64,000 nt of DNA, from contig OZ176053.1 in assembly GCA_964247055.1 (NCBI GenBank), forward strand, positions 1,674,001 to 1,738,000, given 5' to 3'. This stretch comes from Paragordius varius. Its lineage: Eukaryota; Animalia; Nematomorpha. The notes under the pieces are model-generated. The model ran no database searches, was not told the DNA's origin, and was given only the letters and a program-made list of their open reading frames with translations. Both the position numbers and the translations under genes were made by a program. Shown here piece by piece: positions 11,632 through 24,459 of this stretch. Every line of letters begins with the position of its first letter. Within the stretch, counting starts at the first letter, position 1.

Positions 11632-13732
11632 TTATTTTTCTTCATCTAAACCGAAATCTCCACTATTTCCTGAAGAGGAAGATTCTGGATTTGGTGATCT
11701 GATTTCGCTAGCATTCAAATTCAATTCATGATTTTCATAGCCCCATATTATCGAATTACATATGGCAGCATTCATATTTTGTAAATTTATCGTTTCACCA
11801 TTGTATGCACAAGTACCAATTAAAGTTAGGCCAGTTTTAAGGCTTATATCACATAAAACACGGGAACAACTTAAAGGGTTTCCTAAAAAACAACAAAAAA
11901 TACAGTAAACATGAGATTATACAGACAAAACGCAAAAAGGAAGACAGATGTTTTTTTTTTAAAATGACAATTATATATTTCAAATATTAATATTTTTATA
12001 TATAACCACATTGGGTGTAAATAATAGAGACGCAAATTGGTAATACACTCAATTATATAAAATCAAAATTGTAATTTAATAGTTTATGTACTTACACCAA
12101 GGTTTAAAAATGTATCGTTGTCTATTTTAAAGAAAATATCTCTCTTAAAGTTTTTACCTTTTGTCTGTCTAATTTCAATTTTTACTGTATATTTTCCAAA
12201 ATTTTGCTTTGAAAAAAAATGATATGTGATATTTGGAATTGAATATGAAAAAACAGACCTGTTAAATCTATTTCCACACTGGGAACAACGGTAGACGCAA
12301 AAACTCTTGTTATATTATTATTAATTAAATCTATGGTTTGAATATTTTGCAGTTTTGCAAAATCATTTAAATCTAAAAAATTTATCGCCTTTCCGGCAAG
12401 CCGAATTATTTGCAATGACGGACTTAGGCGTAAAGACGATATATTACGAATCCGGTTGTAATCCAAATTGATTTCTTTAATCTGGTTCAAATTGGAAACA
12501 TCTAAAGTTACTAACTTATTTCCGGCTAATTCTAAGACCTCCAAATTTTTAAGTGTAGGCAAAGTGGTTAAATTTATTTCTCGAATATGATTATTATTTA
12601 AATACAATGATTTTAATTTGGGTAGTTTCTCAGTATTTTTAACTGGAGGTGTATTAATGTACGTAATACTATTGGAATCCAAATTTACGGTTTCTAAATT
12701 TTTGCAATCGCTTATTTCGTCTATAAAATTATCGTTTTTATCGCTTCCAATCATATTTCTTTCAAGGCTCAAATGTTTTAAATTTTTACTCTTTAAATTA
12801 CAAATATTTTTCGGGAAGGAAAGAAGCATGTTATCGTCAAACGACAGGGATTCAATCTTAGGTGGGAGAAAGTTCAAATTTTTGATTTTTTGAAGATTAG
12901 TTCCAATATACAAGTCAGTTAGTTGGCTAAAGGCTTGAGGGAATACATAGGACTCGTCGATATCCACAATTTTCGGAGATAGAAAATGCAAACTCTCCAG
13001 GTTTGTGCATTCTATTTTTTATAACTCCCTCAGCTCAAGCAAACTCAATAGTATGAGTTGTTTAAGAGATTTATTTTTTAATACACCACGAGTTTGGCTA
13101 AGGAATGGCATCTTAAAGTTCAAAAAACTTAACTGATTTAATGCATTAAACTTGCTCCAATCCAATCGGCGTATGCGATCCAAATCTAACCAAAGTGATT
13201 TTATGGGTAAATTTTTGATTTGATTAACAATCGCATAGACCATCGTTTCATTAACTTTAGCATTCAAATCGTAATCTGTAATTTCCAAGTGGTTTAAATA
13301 GCTTAATCTGCCAAAAAAATTAGTGTTTTTGGCTAAATCAATCCATCTAACTTGAATTAGGGAGAGAGCGCTTATTCTGACCATATCATTCACCTGGATA
13401 TTCTCAAAAGATAGCTTTGTAAATTTAGACTCAATAATAATAAGAGAAATATTGAGGATAGACTGATTACCCTCTCCGCCAGTAAAATTGGCAAAAATAC
13501 TTTCTAGGTTTGAAAAATCTATATCGTCCAAACTTATACATTTAACTGAGGTTTTGATAGCCAAAGGATTAGCTATGGGTTCTTTGAATGGTTCACACAT
13601 GCATTTGGGAATAAAATTATGTAAGGTAAAACATAATTTCTCTATCCCGCCATCTTTTAAAGCTGTGCCTTGAGCCATCAGGCATAAGGAGCATAAAACT
13701 CCAATAATGATACAGATATATCTTGAAGTCAT
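11632..13732 (-). pseudogene. LRR copy L2, premature stop (AAA>TAA at codon 238)
   Basis: Exon 1 is 13732-12259 and exon 2 is 11882-11632. ORFs 13019..13732 and 12182..12991 are in the same frame, separated by an in-frame TAA where paralogues have ELKKIEC. Confidence 0.85.
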
Positions 13733-14166
13733 TATTAATTTAAAAAAAAATAATTATATCTCTCCGAAAAACAAAATTAATTTTATATAATTTTTATGGA
13801 CTGATTATACTACCTTTATTTAAATGTTAAATCTGCTAATAAAATTGTTTGTTATTATAGTCAGCATTTTTTATATTGCTATTTTTTAAGCAATTCGATT
13901 GAATTCTACGAATTTTAACTCTAAAATCGCAAGAAATACATTCATTACCTTTATTCGTAAAAACTCGTTGATATGAACCTTATATTATCTTCGAATTACA
14001 TTGTTATCTTAATTTAGGGGATATTTTTATACAAATATAATTTAATTTACGTATATTTGCTGTTGTAATACAGTATGCATTTTAATGTTTGCTTATTTCA
14101 TATTATAATAGGGCAATTTGCAACACACTAGTGTATGGAAAAAACAGCAAAATGTTGAATAAACAA

Positions 14167-14807
14167 AATCGCTCACTTTGTAGGATGATGCCGCCTCAAA
14201 CATTTTTATGTTTCTGTGTTTCCATATGCTTTGTAATATTATGCTTGCCGCCATGTGCTAGGGTTTCTCCTCGCATAAAGTACATTTAACAAATGATTCT
14301 TTCTTCGTTTTTTTGATAAGGATATTCTTATTAATTCATCGTTGAATTTACAACCTCTTTTTGTACTTATATTTTTAAACTAATATTAGTATAAAAAATA
14401 TTATATTAACTTAATTTTCTAGAGTAAACGTATAAGCTACCGATTTGTGGTAATTTGTTTTTTTGATAATGTTGGCAGGTAATATCACAGTATAAAAAAA
14501 TATTTTATTACCTTAATTTTCTGGAGTAAACATATAAGCTACCGATTTGTGGTATTAATTTGTCTTTGTGATAATGTTGGCAGTAGGAGTAGGAAGCAAA
14601 GTGTATAATCATATGATATAAATTCGAAAAAAATAAATATTTTTAATTTGAAAATTAAAATTTTAATATAAAATTGATACATATTTTAATGATAACAAAT
14701 GATAAATTTAAACAAATAAAATAAATAAATTTTTTATAAAAAACTTAAATGTATTTAAAAAAATTTTTTTATATAATCGTGAAAAAGCGGGACGTCTAAT
14801 CACCCTA
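14167..14807 (-). mobile_element. Left-end fragment of the hAT family element (TIR, subterminal repeats, BED-finger start)
   Basis: Reverse complement of about 19410-20160, with terminus TAGGGTGATTAGACGTCCCGC at 14807. It joins the L2 5' flank to the L3 3' spacer. Confidence 0.85.
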
Positions 14808-15907
14808 ATGATTGCGAATTTCAAAAGCAGCTCTATTTTATGTATTTAAAGTATAGATATCTGCATATGTGTCAATCAGCTATATAATATTTGTCAATAA
14901 AATGCACGTCCCTTATATAAAAACTTTATTTGGCCCTTAAATTTTTTTAACACCACTTTACTCTATATCATGTCTAAATTATCACTTAATGCATGCGTCA
15001 CTTATAGTCCAACCAAAAAGTATGTATTAATTTATGGCAAATGGGAATTGGTTAATCCTTTTTTTAAAAAATTGGCACGTAGATTTTTGGCATATAGAGT
15101 ATGAGTAAAAACTCATTGTAACATTTACTGTAAAAATAAATATTATTGGCTAAAAGTTGATTATCATAAAAAATATGTTGTTTTTTTTCATCTTTTAGCC
15201 AAATAAATGTTCTTTCCCTGTAATAAAAAACGCGTAATGGATTATTACTCAAACTCTTTGTAACAATATAAATATTTTCTTTTGTTTTGATGTTGAAAAC
15301 CCAAAAGATATATAATTCTTAATAGATTTACATAAAATATTGTGATATATTCAATCTATTTATCAAAAAAACGATGCTGTTTACCTGTAAAATTCAACAA
15401 ACGGCTAGGTAAATATTGCATATTCGATTTCAGGATCCATATAAATATTTATTAAATAAATGTCGAACAATGTTGTCCATGTGCATTATATAAAGGATGG
15501 GTAAATATACGTTGCTAGTAATTGATTTTTTATTCCCAGATAGCATTTACAGTAAAGCGTTATGATTGGATTAAATGGCGCATAAGATATGTTTGTATAT
15601 TTTTTCAATTTTCCTTCATTTTAGCCAAAAGTAATGCTTTTTTGTATAAATGGTATCCGGCATATTTGATGAAAAAATAGCAATTACCCTTACTGTAGTT
15701 CTCACTTTTAAACGCTATGTGCAATTCTTGTTAATTAGAAACTATGAGTACAAAAATTAGCAACATCTTATTTTTGCATTTATTTAGCAGCCATATATAT
15801 ATTTATATATATATATATATATATATAAATATAAATCGAATTCCAACACCATCCCATTTGTATTGTAAAAATAACTGGAAAAACTTTTATGTTTATAGGA
15901 AAAAAAA

Positions 15908-17953
15908 TTATTTTTCTTCATCTAAACCGAAATCTCCACTATTTCCTGAAGAGGAAGATTCTGGATTTGGTGATCTGATTTCGCTAGCATTCGAATTCAA
16001 TTCATGATTTTCATAGCCCCATATTATCGAATTACATATGGCAGCATTCATATTTTGTAAATTTATCGTTTCACCATTGTATGCACAAGTACCAATCAGA
16101 GTTAGGTCAGTTTTAAGGCTTATATCACATAAAACATGGGAACAAATTAAAGGGTTTCCTAAATCAACAACAAAAAATAAAGTAAACATGAGATTATACA
16201 GACAAAAGGTAAAAAGAAACACAGGTGTTTAATGTTCATTTTTTTTAAATATAGCCTTATCATTTGAGGTTTTTAAATAAGAATAGAGATGTAAATTGGT
16301 AATACACTTAATTATATAAAATTTAAAATTATAGTTTATATAGTTAAACCTAGGTTTAAAATGTATCGTTGTCTATTTTAAAGAAAATATATCTCTTAAA
16401 GTTTTACGTTTTATCTGTATAACTTCAATTTTACTGTATATTTTATATGTGTTATTTGGAATTGAATATAAAAAAAAGAGACCTGTCAAATCTATTTCCA
16501 CACTGGGAACAGCGGTTTTCGCAATAACTCTTGTAATATTATTATTACTTAAATCTATGGATTGAATATTTTTGAGTTTTGCAAAATCATTTAAATCTAA
16601 ATAATTTATCCCATTTCTAGAAAGCCGAATTATTTGCAATGACGGACTTAGGCCTAAAGAAGATATATTACGAATCCGGTTGTAATCCAAATTAATTTCT
16701 TTGATCTGGTTTAAATTGGAAACATCTAAAGTTACGAATTTATTTCTGGATAATTCTAAGACCTCCAAATTTTTAAGTGTAGGCACAGTGGTTAAATTTA
16801 TTTCTCGAATATGATTATTATTTAAATACAATGATTTTAATTTGGATAGTTTCTCAGTATTTTTAACTGGAGGTGTATTAATGTATGTAATACTATTGGA
16901 ATCCAAATTTACGGTTTCTAAATTTTTACAATCGCTTATTTCGTCTATGAAATTATGGTTTTTATCGCTTCCAATCATATTTCTTTCAAGGCTTAAATAT
17001 TTTAAATTTTTATTGAAATTACAAATATTCTTCGGAAAGGAAATTAGCATGTTATCTTCAAACGACAGGGATTCAATCTTAGGTGGGAGAAAGTTCAAAT
17101 TTTTGATTTTTTGAAGATTAGTTCCAATACATAAGTCAGTTAGTTGGCTAAAAGCTTGAGGGAATACATAGGACTCGTCGATATTCACAATTTTCGGAGA
17201 TAGAAAATGCAAACTCTCCAGGTTTGTGCATTCTATTTTTTTTAACTCCCTCAGCTCAAGCATACTCAATAGTATGAGTTGTTTAAGAGCTTTATTTTTT
17301 AATACACCACGAGTTTGGCTAAGGAATGGCATCTTAAAGTTCAAAAAACTTAACTGATTAAACGCATTAATCCTGGCCCAATCCAATCGATGTATGTGAT
17401 CCAAATCTAACCAAAGTGATTTTATGGGTAAATTTTTGATTTGATTAACAATCGCATAAACCATCGTTTCATTAACTTTAGCATTCAAATCGTAATCTGT
17501 AATTTCCAAGTGGTTTAAATAGCTTAATCTGCCAAACAAATTAGTGTTTTTGGCTAAATCAATCCATCTAACTTGAATTAGGGAGAGAGCGCTTATTCTG
17601 ACCATATCATTCACCTGGATATTCTCAAAAGATAGCTTTGTAAATTTAGACTCAATAATAATAAGAGAAATATTGAGGATAGACTGATTACCCTCTCCGC
17701 CAGTAAAATTGGCAAAAATACTTTCTAGGTTTGAAAAATCTATATCGTCCAAACTTATACATTTAACTGAGGTTTTGATAGCCAAAGGATTAGCTATGGG
17801 TTCTTTGAATGGTTCACACATGCATTTGGGAATAAAATTATGTAAGGTAAAACATAATTTCTCTATCCCGCCATCTTTTAAAGCTGTGCCTTGAGCCATC
17901 AGGCATAAGGAGCATAAAACTCCAATAATGATACAGATATATCTTGAAGTCAT
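15908..17953 (-). CDS. Secreted LRR protein, copy L3 (intact, about 573 aa)
   Basis: Exon 1 is 17953-16483 and exon 2 is 16158-15908 (251 bp), with the same phase-1 intron. Open frame with signal peptide, LRRs and Cys caps. Confidence 0.88.
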
Positions 17954-19189
17954 TATTAATTTAAAAAAAAAATAATTATATCTCTCCGAAAAACAAAATT
18001 AATTTTATATAATTTTTATGGACTGATTATACTACCTTTATTTAAATGTTAAATCTGCTAATAAAATTGTTTGTTATTATAGTCAGCATTTTTTATATTG
18101 CTATTTTTTAAGCAATTCGATTGAATTCTACGAATTTTAACTCTAAAATCGTAAGAAATACATTCATTACCTTTATTCGTAAAAACTAGTTGATATGAAC
18201 CTTATATTATCTTCGAATTACATTGTTATCTTAATTTATTTTAGGGGATATTTTTATACAAATATAATATAATTTACGTATATTTGCTGTTGTAAACAGT
18301 ATGCATTTTAATGTTTGCTTATTTCATACTATAATAGGGCAATTTGCAACACACTAGTGTATGGAAAAAACAGCAAAATGTTGAATAAACAATTATTTCC
18401 TTTCTTTCCGATATGATCATTAAATATTTTATTAAATTTTAAACATAAAACTAAAAAAAATCTAAAATGATATATAAAGTCTTTATTTTAGAGACTTCTT
18501 TAGCAAGTCTAGGAAATTTGTATGACTAAGATTTTATCAATATTAATTAGCATTAGATAAAAAATGCTATCTTTTAAATATAATACCATGTTAATTTATT
18601 TTGTAATAATGAGCCTTTCTTTCTCTATATTACATATTATCTTTTAAATCAGAGTGTTAAACGAATCAATATATATCACAGTGCCTTATATGTTAGATAA
18701 ATTAATTTTTTTTCGAACCAAATCTTGTTCTTTGTTAATATGAGACTAATTTAAACATACGATACAAAATGATATACGTAGAGCATATGGTAAATAACAA
18801 CAAATGGTTAAATTTTTATATATCAAAGAATTCAATAGATTTGGATACGGCCACGTAAAACAAAATAGCCGAATAATTAAGTTAAAATTAGGCTTAAAAA
18901 AACCCTAATGAACTAGAAGTTAAGTGGTTCATCTATCCACTAATATAAACAAGTGCGCGGACTCTGTTTAAAACTAAATTAAAATGGCGTATTCAAAGTT
19001 TTATCTAATGAATATTTCTTATATTAGCATAACCGTGTAGGAAATTCTTATTTTTTTAAAATAGCATATTTATTTTTCCTGAGATTGTGCACTCTGTTAT
19101 TAATTTATATAATACTTATATCAATATCACTAGGTCCTTTATTTGTTGTATATATCTTAAGTTTCTGATTCTACTTAATATATCCATCC

Positions 19190-19409
19190 ACACCAACTAC
19201 CCTAATTTGGTCACATTATGAGATCTAACTCATTGGAAAAGTCCTTGATTTAGGTAATGTTAGTACACGCAAAAGGGCGGGAGAATAATAAGGTGGATGG
19301 ACAATATTTTAATAGAAAGCAATGCAACCTTGGCAGAACTCAACATTAATACTAAAAATAGCAATCTATGAAGAAGTGTTATTTACAGTATTGCAAAGAT
19401 CGACATAGC
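19190..19409 (+). mobile_element. RTE-clade LINE 3' remnant (copy 1; its 3' end is hit by the hAT insertion)
   Basis: Degenerate KL.YFGHIMR.NSLEK.L..G....KGR...W.D.I motif, typical of the C-terminus of the RTE/BovB-like RT ORF. Boundaries approximate. Confidence 0.65.
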
Positions 19410-21185
19410 TAAGGTGACCAGACGCCCCGCTTTTTCACACTTTGTCCCGCTTCCTGCTACGTTTTTAAATGTCCCGTTTTTTCACGATTATATAAAAAAA
19501 ATTTTTTTTAATACAAATAAATTTTTTTTGTCCGTTTAAATTTTTTATCATTTATCTTTAAAATCTATTCAATTTTAAATTAAAATTTTTTATTTTAAAT
19601 TAAAAATATTTATTTTTTTCGAATTTATATCATGTGATTATACACTATACTTCCTACTACTACTGTCATTATTATCAAAAAGCCAAGTTAATACCACAAA
19701 TCTCTAGATTAAAAGACAAATTGATACCACAAATCGGTACCTTACACGTTACAAAATTAAAGTAATATAAAATTTATTATACTAATATTTTAGTTTTATT
19801 ACTTGCCAACATTATTAAAAAGCCAAATTAATACCACAAATCGGTAGCTTAAAAGACAAATTGATACCACAAATCGGTACCTTACACGTTTATCATAGAA
19901 AATTAAGGTAATATAATATTTATTATACTAATAGTAGTTTATAAATATGAGCACAAAAAGAGGTTGTAAATTCAACGATGAATTAATGAAGGATTTTCCT
20001 TTTATTAAAAAAACGAAGAATGAATCATTTGTTAAATGTCTTATATGCGAGGGGGAATTCACCCTAGCACATGGCGGCAAGCATGATATTACAAAGCATA
20101 TGAAACACAGAAACATTAAAAATGTTTAGATATGGCGGCATCATCTTACAAAATGAGCGATTTTTTTGAAAAACCGCTTTCGAAGAAAAGAATTTGGCAC
20201 TAGCTGAGGGCGTGTTATCTTTTCAAGCCGTTAATCACATTACCGGCCTTTAGATCTATGGACTGTACCTCACAGGTTATTCGCACGTTATTCCATAAAA
20301 AATTTACATGTGCCCGTACAAAGGCTGAAGCCATTGTGTGCAATGTCCTTCCGCCACATGTATTTTCTGAAATACAAAAAGATTTGCTGAAAATTAATTC
20401 CATATCGCTATACTCTGATGCATCAAATCACCATGAAACAAAATTATTTCCCACTTTGATGAGATATTTTGATTCAGAAACCGGAGTAAAAATTAAAATT
20501 TTAGATTTAATTTCCCTACCCGGTGAAAATTCCGAAATAATATTTACTTCAATAATGCAAAAAAATAATTTAAAATACAAAATTATCGCATATTGCGCTG
20601 ACAACACCAATATGAACTTTGGTGGAAAAGCAAGGAGAGGAGCAAAAAAATATTTTTCCTAAATTAACAGATAATCTTAATCAAAACATTATTGGCGTTG
20701 GGTGTGCAGCGCATATAATACACAACGCTATTCAAACAGCTGCTGATTTGTTACCCCTAGATGTGGAAAATGTAGTTGGTAAAATATATTCCTCTTTTTA
20801 TATATACACGGTAGTGTTGAAACGCTTAAAGAATTCTGTGAAAATGCAGAAGTTCAATATCAAAAAATGCTTGGATATTAAACTCGTTGGTTAGCTTTTA
20901 TGCCAGCTATCGAAAGAATTTTAAAAATGTATGATCCTTTAAAATCTTTTTTATTATCACAGGACAAATGTCCTACAACTTTAAAAAAGTTTTTTGAAAG
21001 TGATTGTTCAAAAATATGGTTATTCTTACATAATCAAGCTTCTCTCTTTCAAAATGTTATTAAATTTATAGAAGGTGACAAAATTTCGGCAATAGAAGTA
21101 GCCAATGAAGTTAGTAACCTAAAATTCCAATGTCAAGAACGGTTAGAAAATAATTTTATACCATTAACCATCCGCAATATAATAA

Positions 21186-22317
21186 CACTAGTCGACAAAT
21201 TTGGACATTTTTAAGCACCACCACTCAAACTTTTTAAATTATGACTAATTTCAGTGTTTTAAAACCGAATTTGAAAAAAAATTTGATCCCGCCAATCAGA
21301 ATTTTGAAATTTTATAAGTTTTTCAATTTTTCAAAAACAAGTGAAAATCGAGAGAAAATTAAATATAACTTTATAATAAAATGTTATTATATTATAAACT
21401 TAATATCATTTAATAAAGCTTTTTAAACTCTATCTTTTGAATATAAATATGTCATTTAAATATCAGAGAGAAAAAAATAGTACGGACTTAAACGTCAAAA
21501 TTTAGTCTATTTTTTCAAGTAAATTTTTAACACATATAAAATTTTTTTAAAAAAATACTAAAAAAGGCATTCTATGGTTTAAACCTTCGGCTTTCAGATG
21601 GGCTATATTTTTTTGTTAGATTTCGTTCTTTCGAGTACTTATTAGACTTTTTCTCTTGAGTTGGTTCTTATAAAAAATTTTTTATTTATACCTAGTGGAT
21701 ATACCTTATTTTTTTAAAATTATTGGTTGTTTTGTATTTTAAATTTCAGATGGATGTTGTTTAGCCACTTTTAGTAGAATTTACTGTTATGGGGTTGGAC
21801 CATTTGTATTTACCTAATTTATATTCCAGTTAATTGTATTTATCTAACTTTATTCTGTAAATTGGTTAATATAACATGTCAATTTGCCTGGATTTTGCTT
21901 GCAAGTCTCTCTTATCGGACTTTACGATTACTTATTGTTATCTTTGCCATATCTGGCATAATTGGATCGCTTGGGGGATATGCAGAGCTTGTGCAGCCGC
22001 CCGGATCTATCACACTATACATAAGCCCCTTTTAGATTTTTAATACTATGGCTCTTAGCTTGTTTGTATCTTATTTAATCCCTAGAATTTGTTATCCATG
22101 CATGAAAAATTACTTGTATCGACTTGCTTGTTTGAATTTTAAACATATGTACACGAGGAATGATTGTTATTTTTGAACTAAATACAAATTTAAAAATTAA
22201 ATTTTGGAAAAATCCTATTGGTGGCCTCAATTTTCTTTTTTGTTTTGGCCTATCCATGCCATTAGGTATCAGAAAATGCAAAAATAATGGGGTGGTGCAA
22301 AACCTTGTTGATCAGTG
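21186..22317. mobile_element. Nested CACT-ended DNA transposon derivative (CACTA/CMC-like or Tc1-like)
   Basis: Ends CACTAGTCGACAA / TTGTTGATCAGTG, flanked by TAA on both sides. Removing it and one TAA restores the transposase frame RNIIINLEKQG. Confidence 0.75.
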
Positions 22318-22977
22318 TAATTAATTTAGAAAAACAAGGCTTAATAAATCGCCAAGATATCCTGTACCATATAAAAATGTTTTATACAAACTGTAAAGAT
22401 TATTTGGAAGACTGGACGACGCAATTTAATGAAATTGATCATTTTCATTGGATAACATTAAAATCAGAATTTAATTGGTGCGATGTTCAAAAATCATTTG
22501 ATTATATCTGCTCCCAAAAATTATCAAAAAGTAATCTTTCAGAAAATGATCTTTTTTCTGAAGTATCATTAGTTAAAAGATATATTAATAATGAAAAACT
22601 TAAATTATGGACAAAAGAAAATATACAGTAGAAAAGAAATGGTTGAAATATTTCATCATTTTGAAGCCAACTATATTACATACAATAATATTTTAAAAAT
22701 TGTGGAATTCCACTATCTTTACCTGGAACCAACGCTGCTACTGAGCGCGTTTTTTCCACAGTAAATCAGGTGTGGACATCGGAAAAATCAAATTTAAATG
22801 TTGAAACTTTAAAGGCCGTTTTATCTGTCAAATATAATTTGACAAATTCTTGTGAAGACTTCTACAATATTTTAAAAAATGATGACAATCTGCTAAAACG
22901 CATTCACTCAAACAAAAAATATACCAAAGAATAAAATATTTTCTTTAAAGTTTTTGTGTAAAAAAATAAACGAAATC

Positions 22978-23795
22978 ACGTAAAATATTGTATAAGTCTT
23001 CATAATTTGTCAAATTAGATTTGAACACACAAAATGGCTTTTATTCAACATTTAAATTTGATTCCATGTCCTTACTTAATTTACTGTGGAAAAACGCGTT
23101 CAATAGCAGTGGTTCAGGCAAAGTAATGCAAATTCTACAATTAAAATATTATTGTATGAAACATAATTTGTTTAAAAATGATTATTTTAACCATTTCTAT
23201 CCTACGTATTTTTTTCTGTTGTCCACAATATAAGTTTTCATTCAATATATTTATTTAATAATGAGACTTCATCAAAAAGTGTCATTGTGCACCGTCTTGT
23301 CTTCCAAATAATCGTTTCTGTTTGTATAAAACATATTTATATTCTGGCTATTCATTGAGCCTTGTTTTTCTGGATGCTTAATAATATTGCGCTTAGGTAA
23401 TGGTATAAAATTATTTTCTAACCTTTTTTGACTTGGAATTTTGACCTTTGTCCTGTGATAAAAAAATAGGATTCTAGGAGATCTCATTTTTATAAATATT
23501 TCAATCGCTGGCAAAAGAGCTAACTACAATATCCAAGCATTAACATCTATATTTTCTACATCCAGGCGTAACAAATCAGTAGCTGTTTGAATAGCGTTGT
23601 GTATCTGCCAATAATGTTTTGATTAAGATTATTCGCTAAATTGTTAAAAATATTTTTGTGCCGCTTCTTGCATCACCCAGCGCACTTTGTGATGATTTTG
23701 TCTTTATTATTTTTTTCTAGAATATTAAAATCACTTCACCCTTTGTTCGTGCACATGGAAATTTATTGAATAAGGTACAAACAACCTGTGAGGTA
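22978..23795 (-). mobile_element. Inverted, internally deleted second copy of the hAT transposase inside the same element
   Basis: The minus strand reproduces, in order, CTSQV..CARTK, MPAIE, RLENNFIPL..RNII..EKQG, MFYTN..DYLED and the ERVF/hATC region (ORF 23272..23514 is part of it). Confidence 0.8.
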
Positions 23796-24459
23796 CAATT
23801 TTTTTTATATTTATAATGTATTTGTGTTAAAAATAAATAAATATTGTAATATTTATTGTATAAAAATTTTTGGTTGTACCCCCCAATGACCCACCCCTTC
23901 TCAGATTTGTCCCGCTTTTTCCTTCAAAAAATCTGGTCACCTTAGACATAGCACTCCAATCCATTTACAATTATTATAAAGCGCAAGATAATATTTTGAG
24001 TTTTATTTGTTTATTTTTTATGTTAAATACGGATTTATAGTCCTCATTAAGGATGGGAGCCATTGTTTATGCAAAACTGAAATTTAGCTTTTTGAAACTG
24101 TTTTCGCACCTAAAAACGGTTTCCCATTGTGTTATAAATGTTTATTATACATTTTTTAATCAGAAAAAGTAGCATACAATATTTCTAATGTCTATAAATT
24201 GTATAAATAATTATAAATAATATCTAAAAAGTTTTAATTAAAACAAACATTACTATTATAAATTAGCTGATCCTTAATATAAAAAAATAATTAAAATCAA
24301 CGGTTCATAAATTCTATTTTTTACAAAGTAATAGTTTTCCATAAAGGCTCAGGTAAAAGTTATATGCATGCACCAAAACAAAAAAATCATACCATATTTT
24401 TAGTGGTAATTTTTATTGAGCTGTACATTTTATCATAATTATAGCGATGAATACTATAT

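Larger units (their letters stand above)
19410..23944 (+). mobile_element. hAT DNA transposon (4.5 kb) with decayed transposase
   Basis: TIRs TAAGGTGACCAG / CTGGTCACCTTA and 8-bp TSD GACATAGC (19402-19409, 23945-23952). BED finger (CLICEGEF..GGKHDITKH) from 19947, core fragments at 20258-21185, and hATC dimerisation motif (LPGTNAATERVFS) ending in TAA at 22934. Multiple frameshifts. Confidence 0.92.

Noticed and set aside
19680-19900. Short direct repeats (ccacaaatcggta...) as a CRISPR-like array
   Set aside because: They are subterminal repeats of the hAT element, without regular spacers, in a eukaryotic context with no cas genes.
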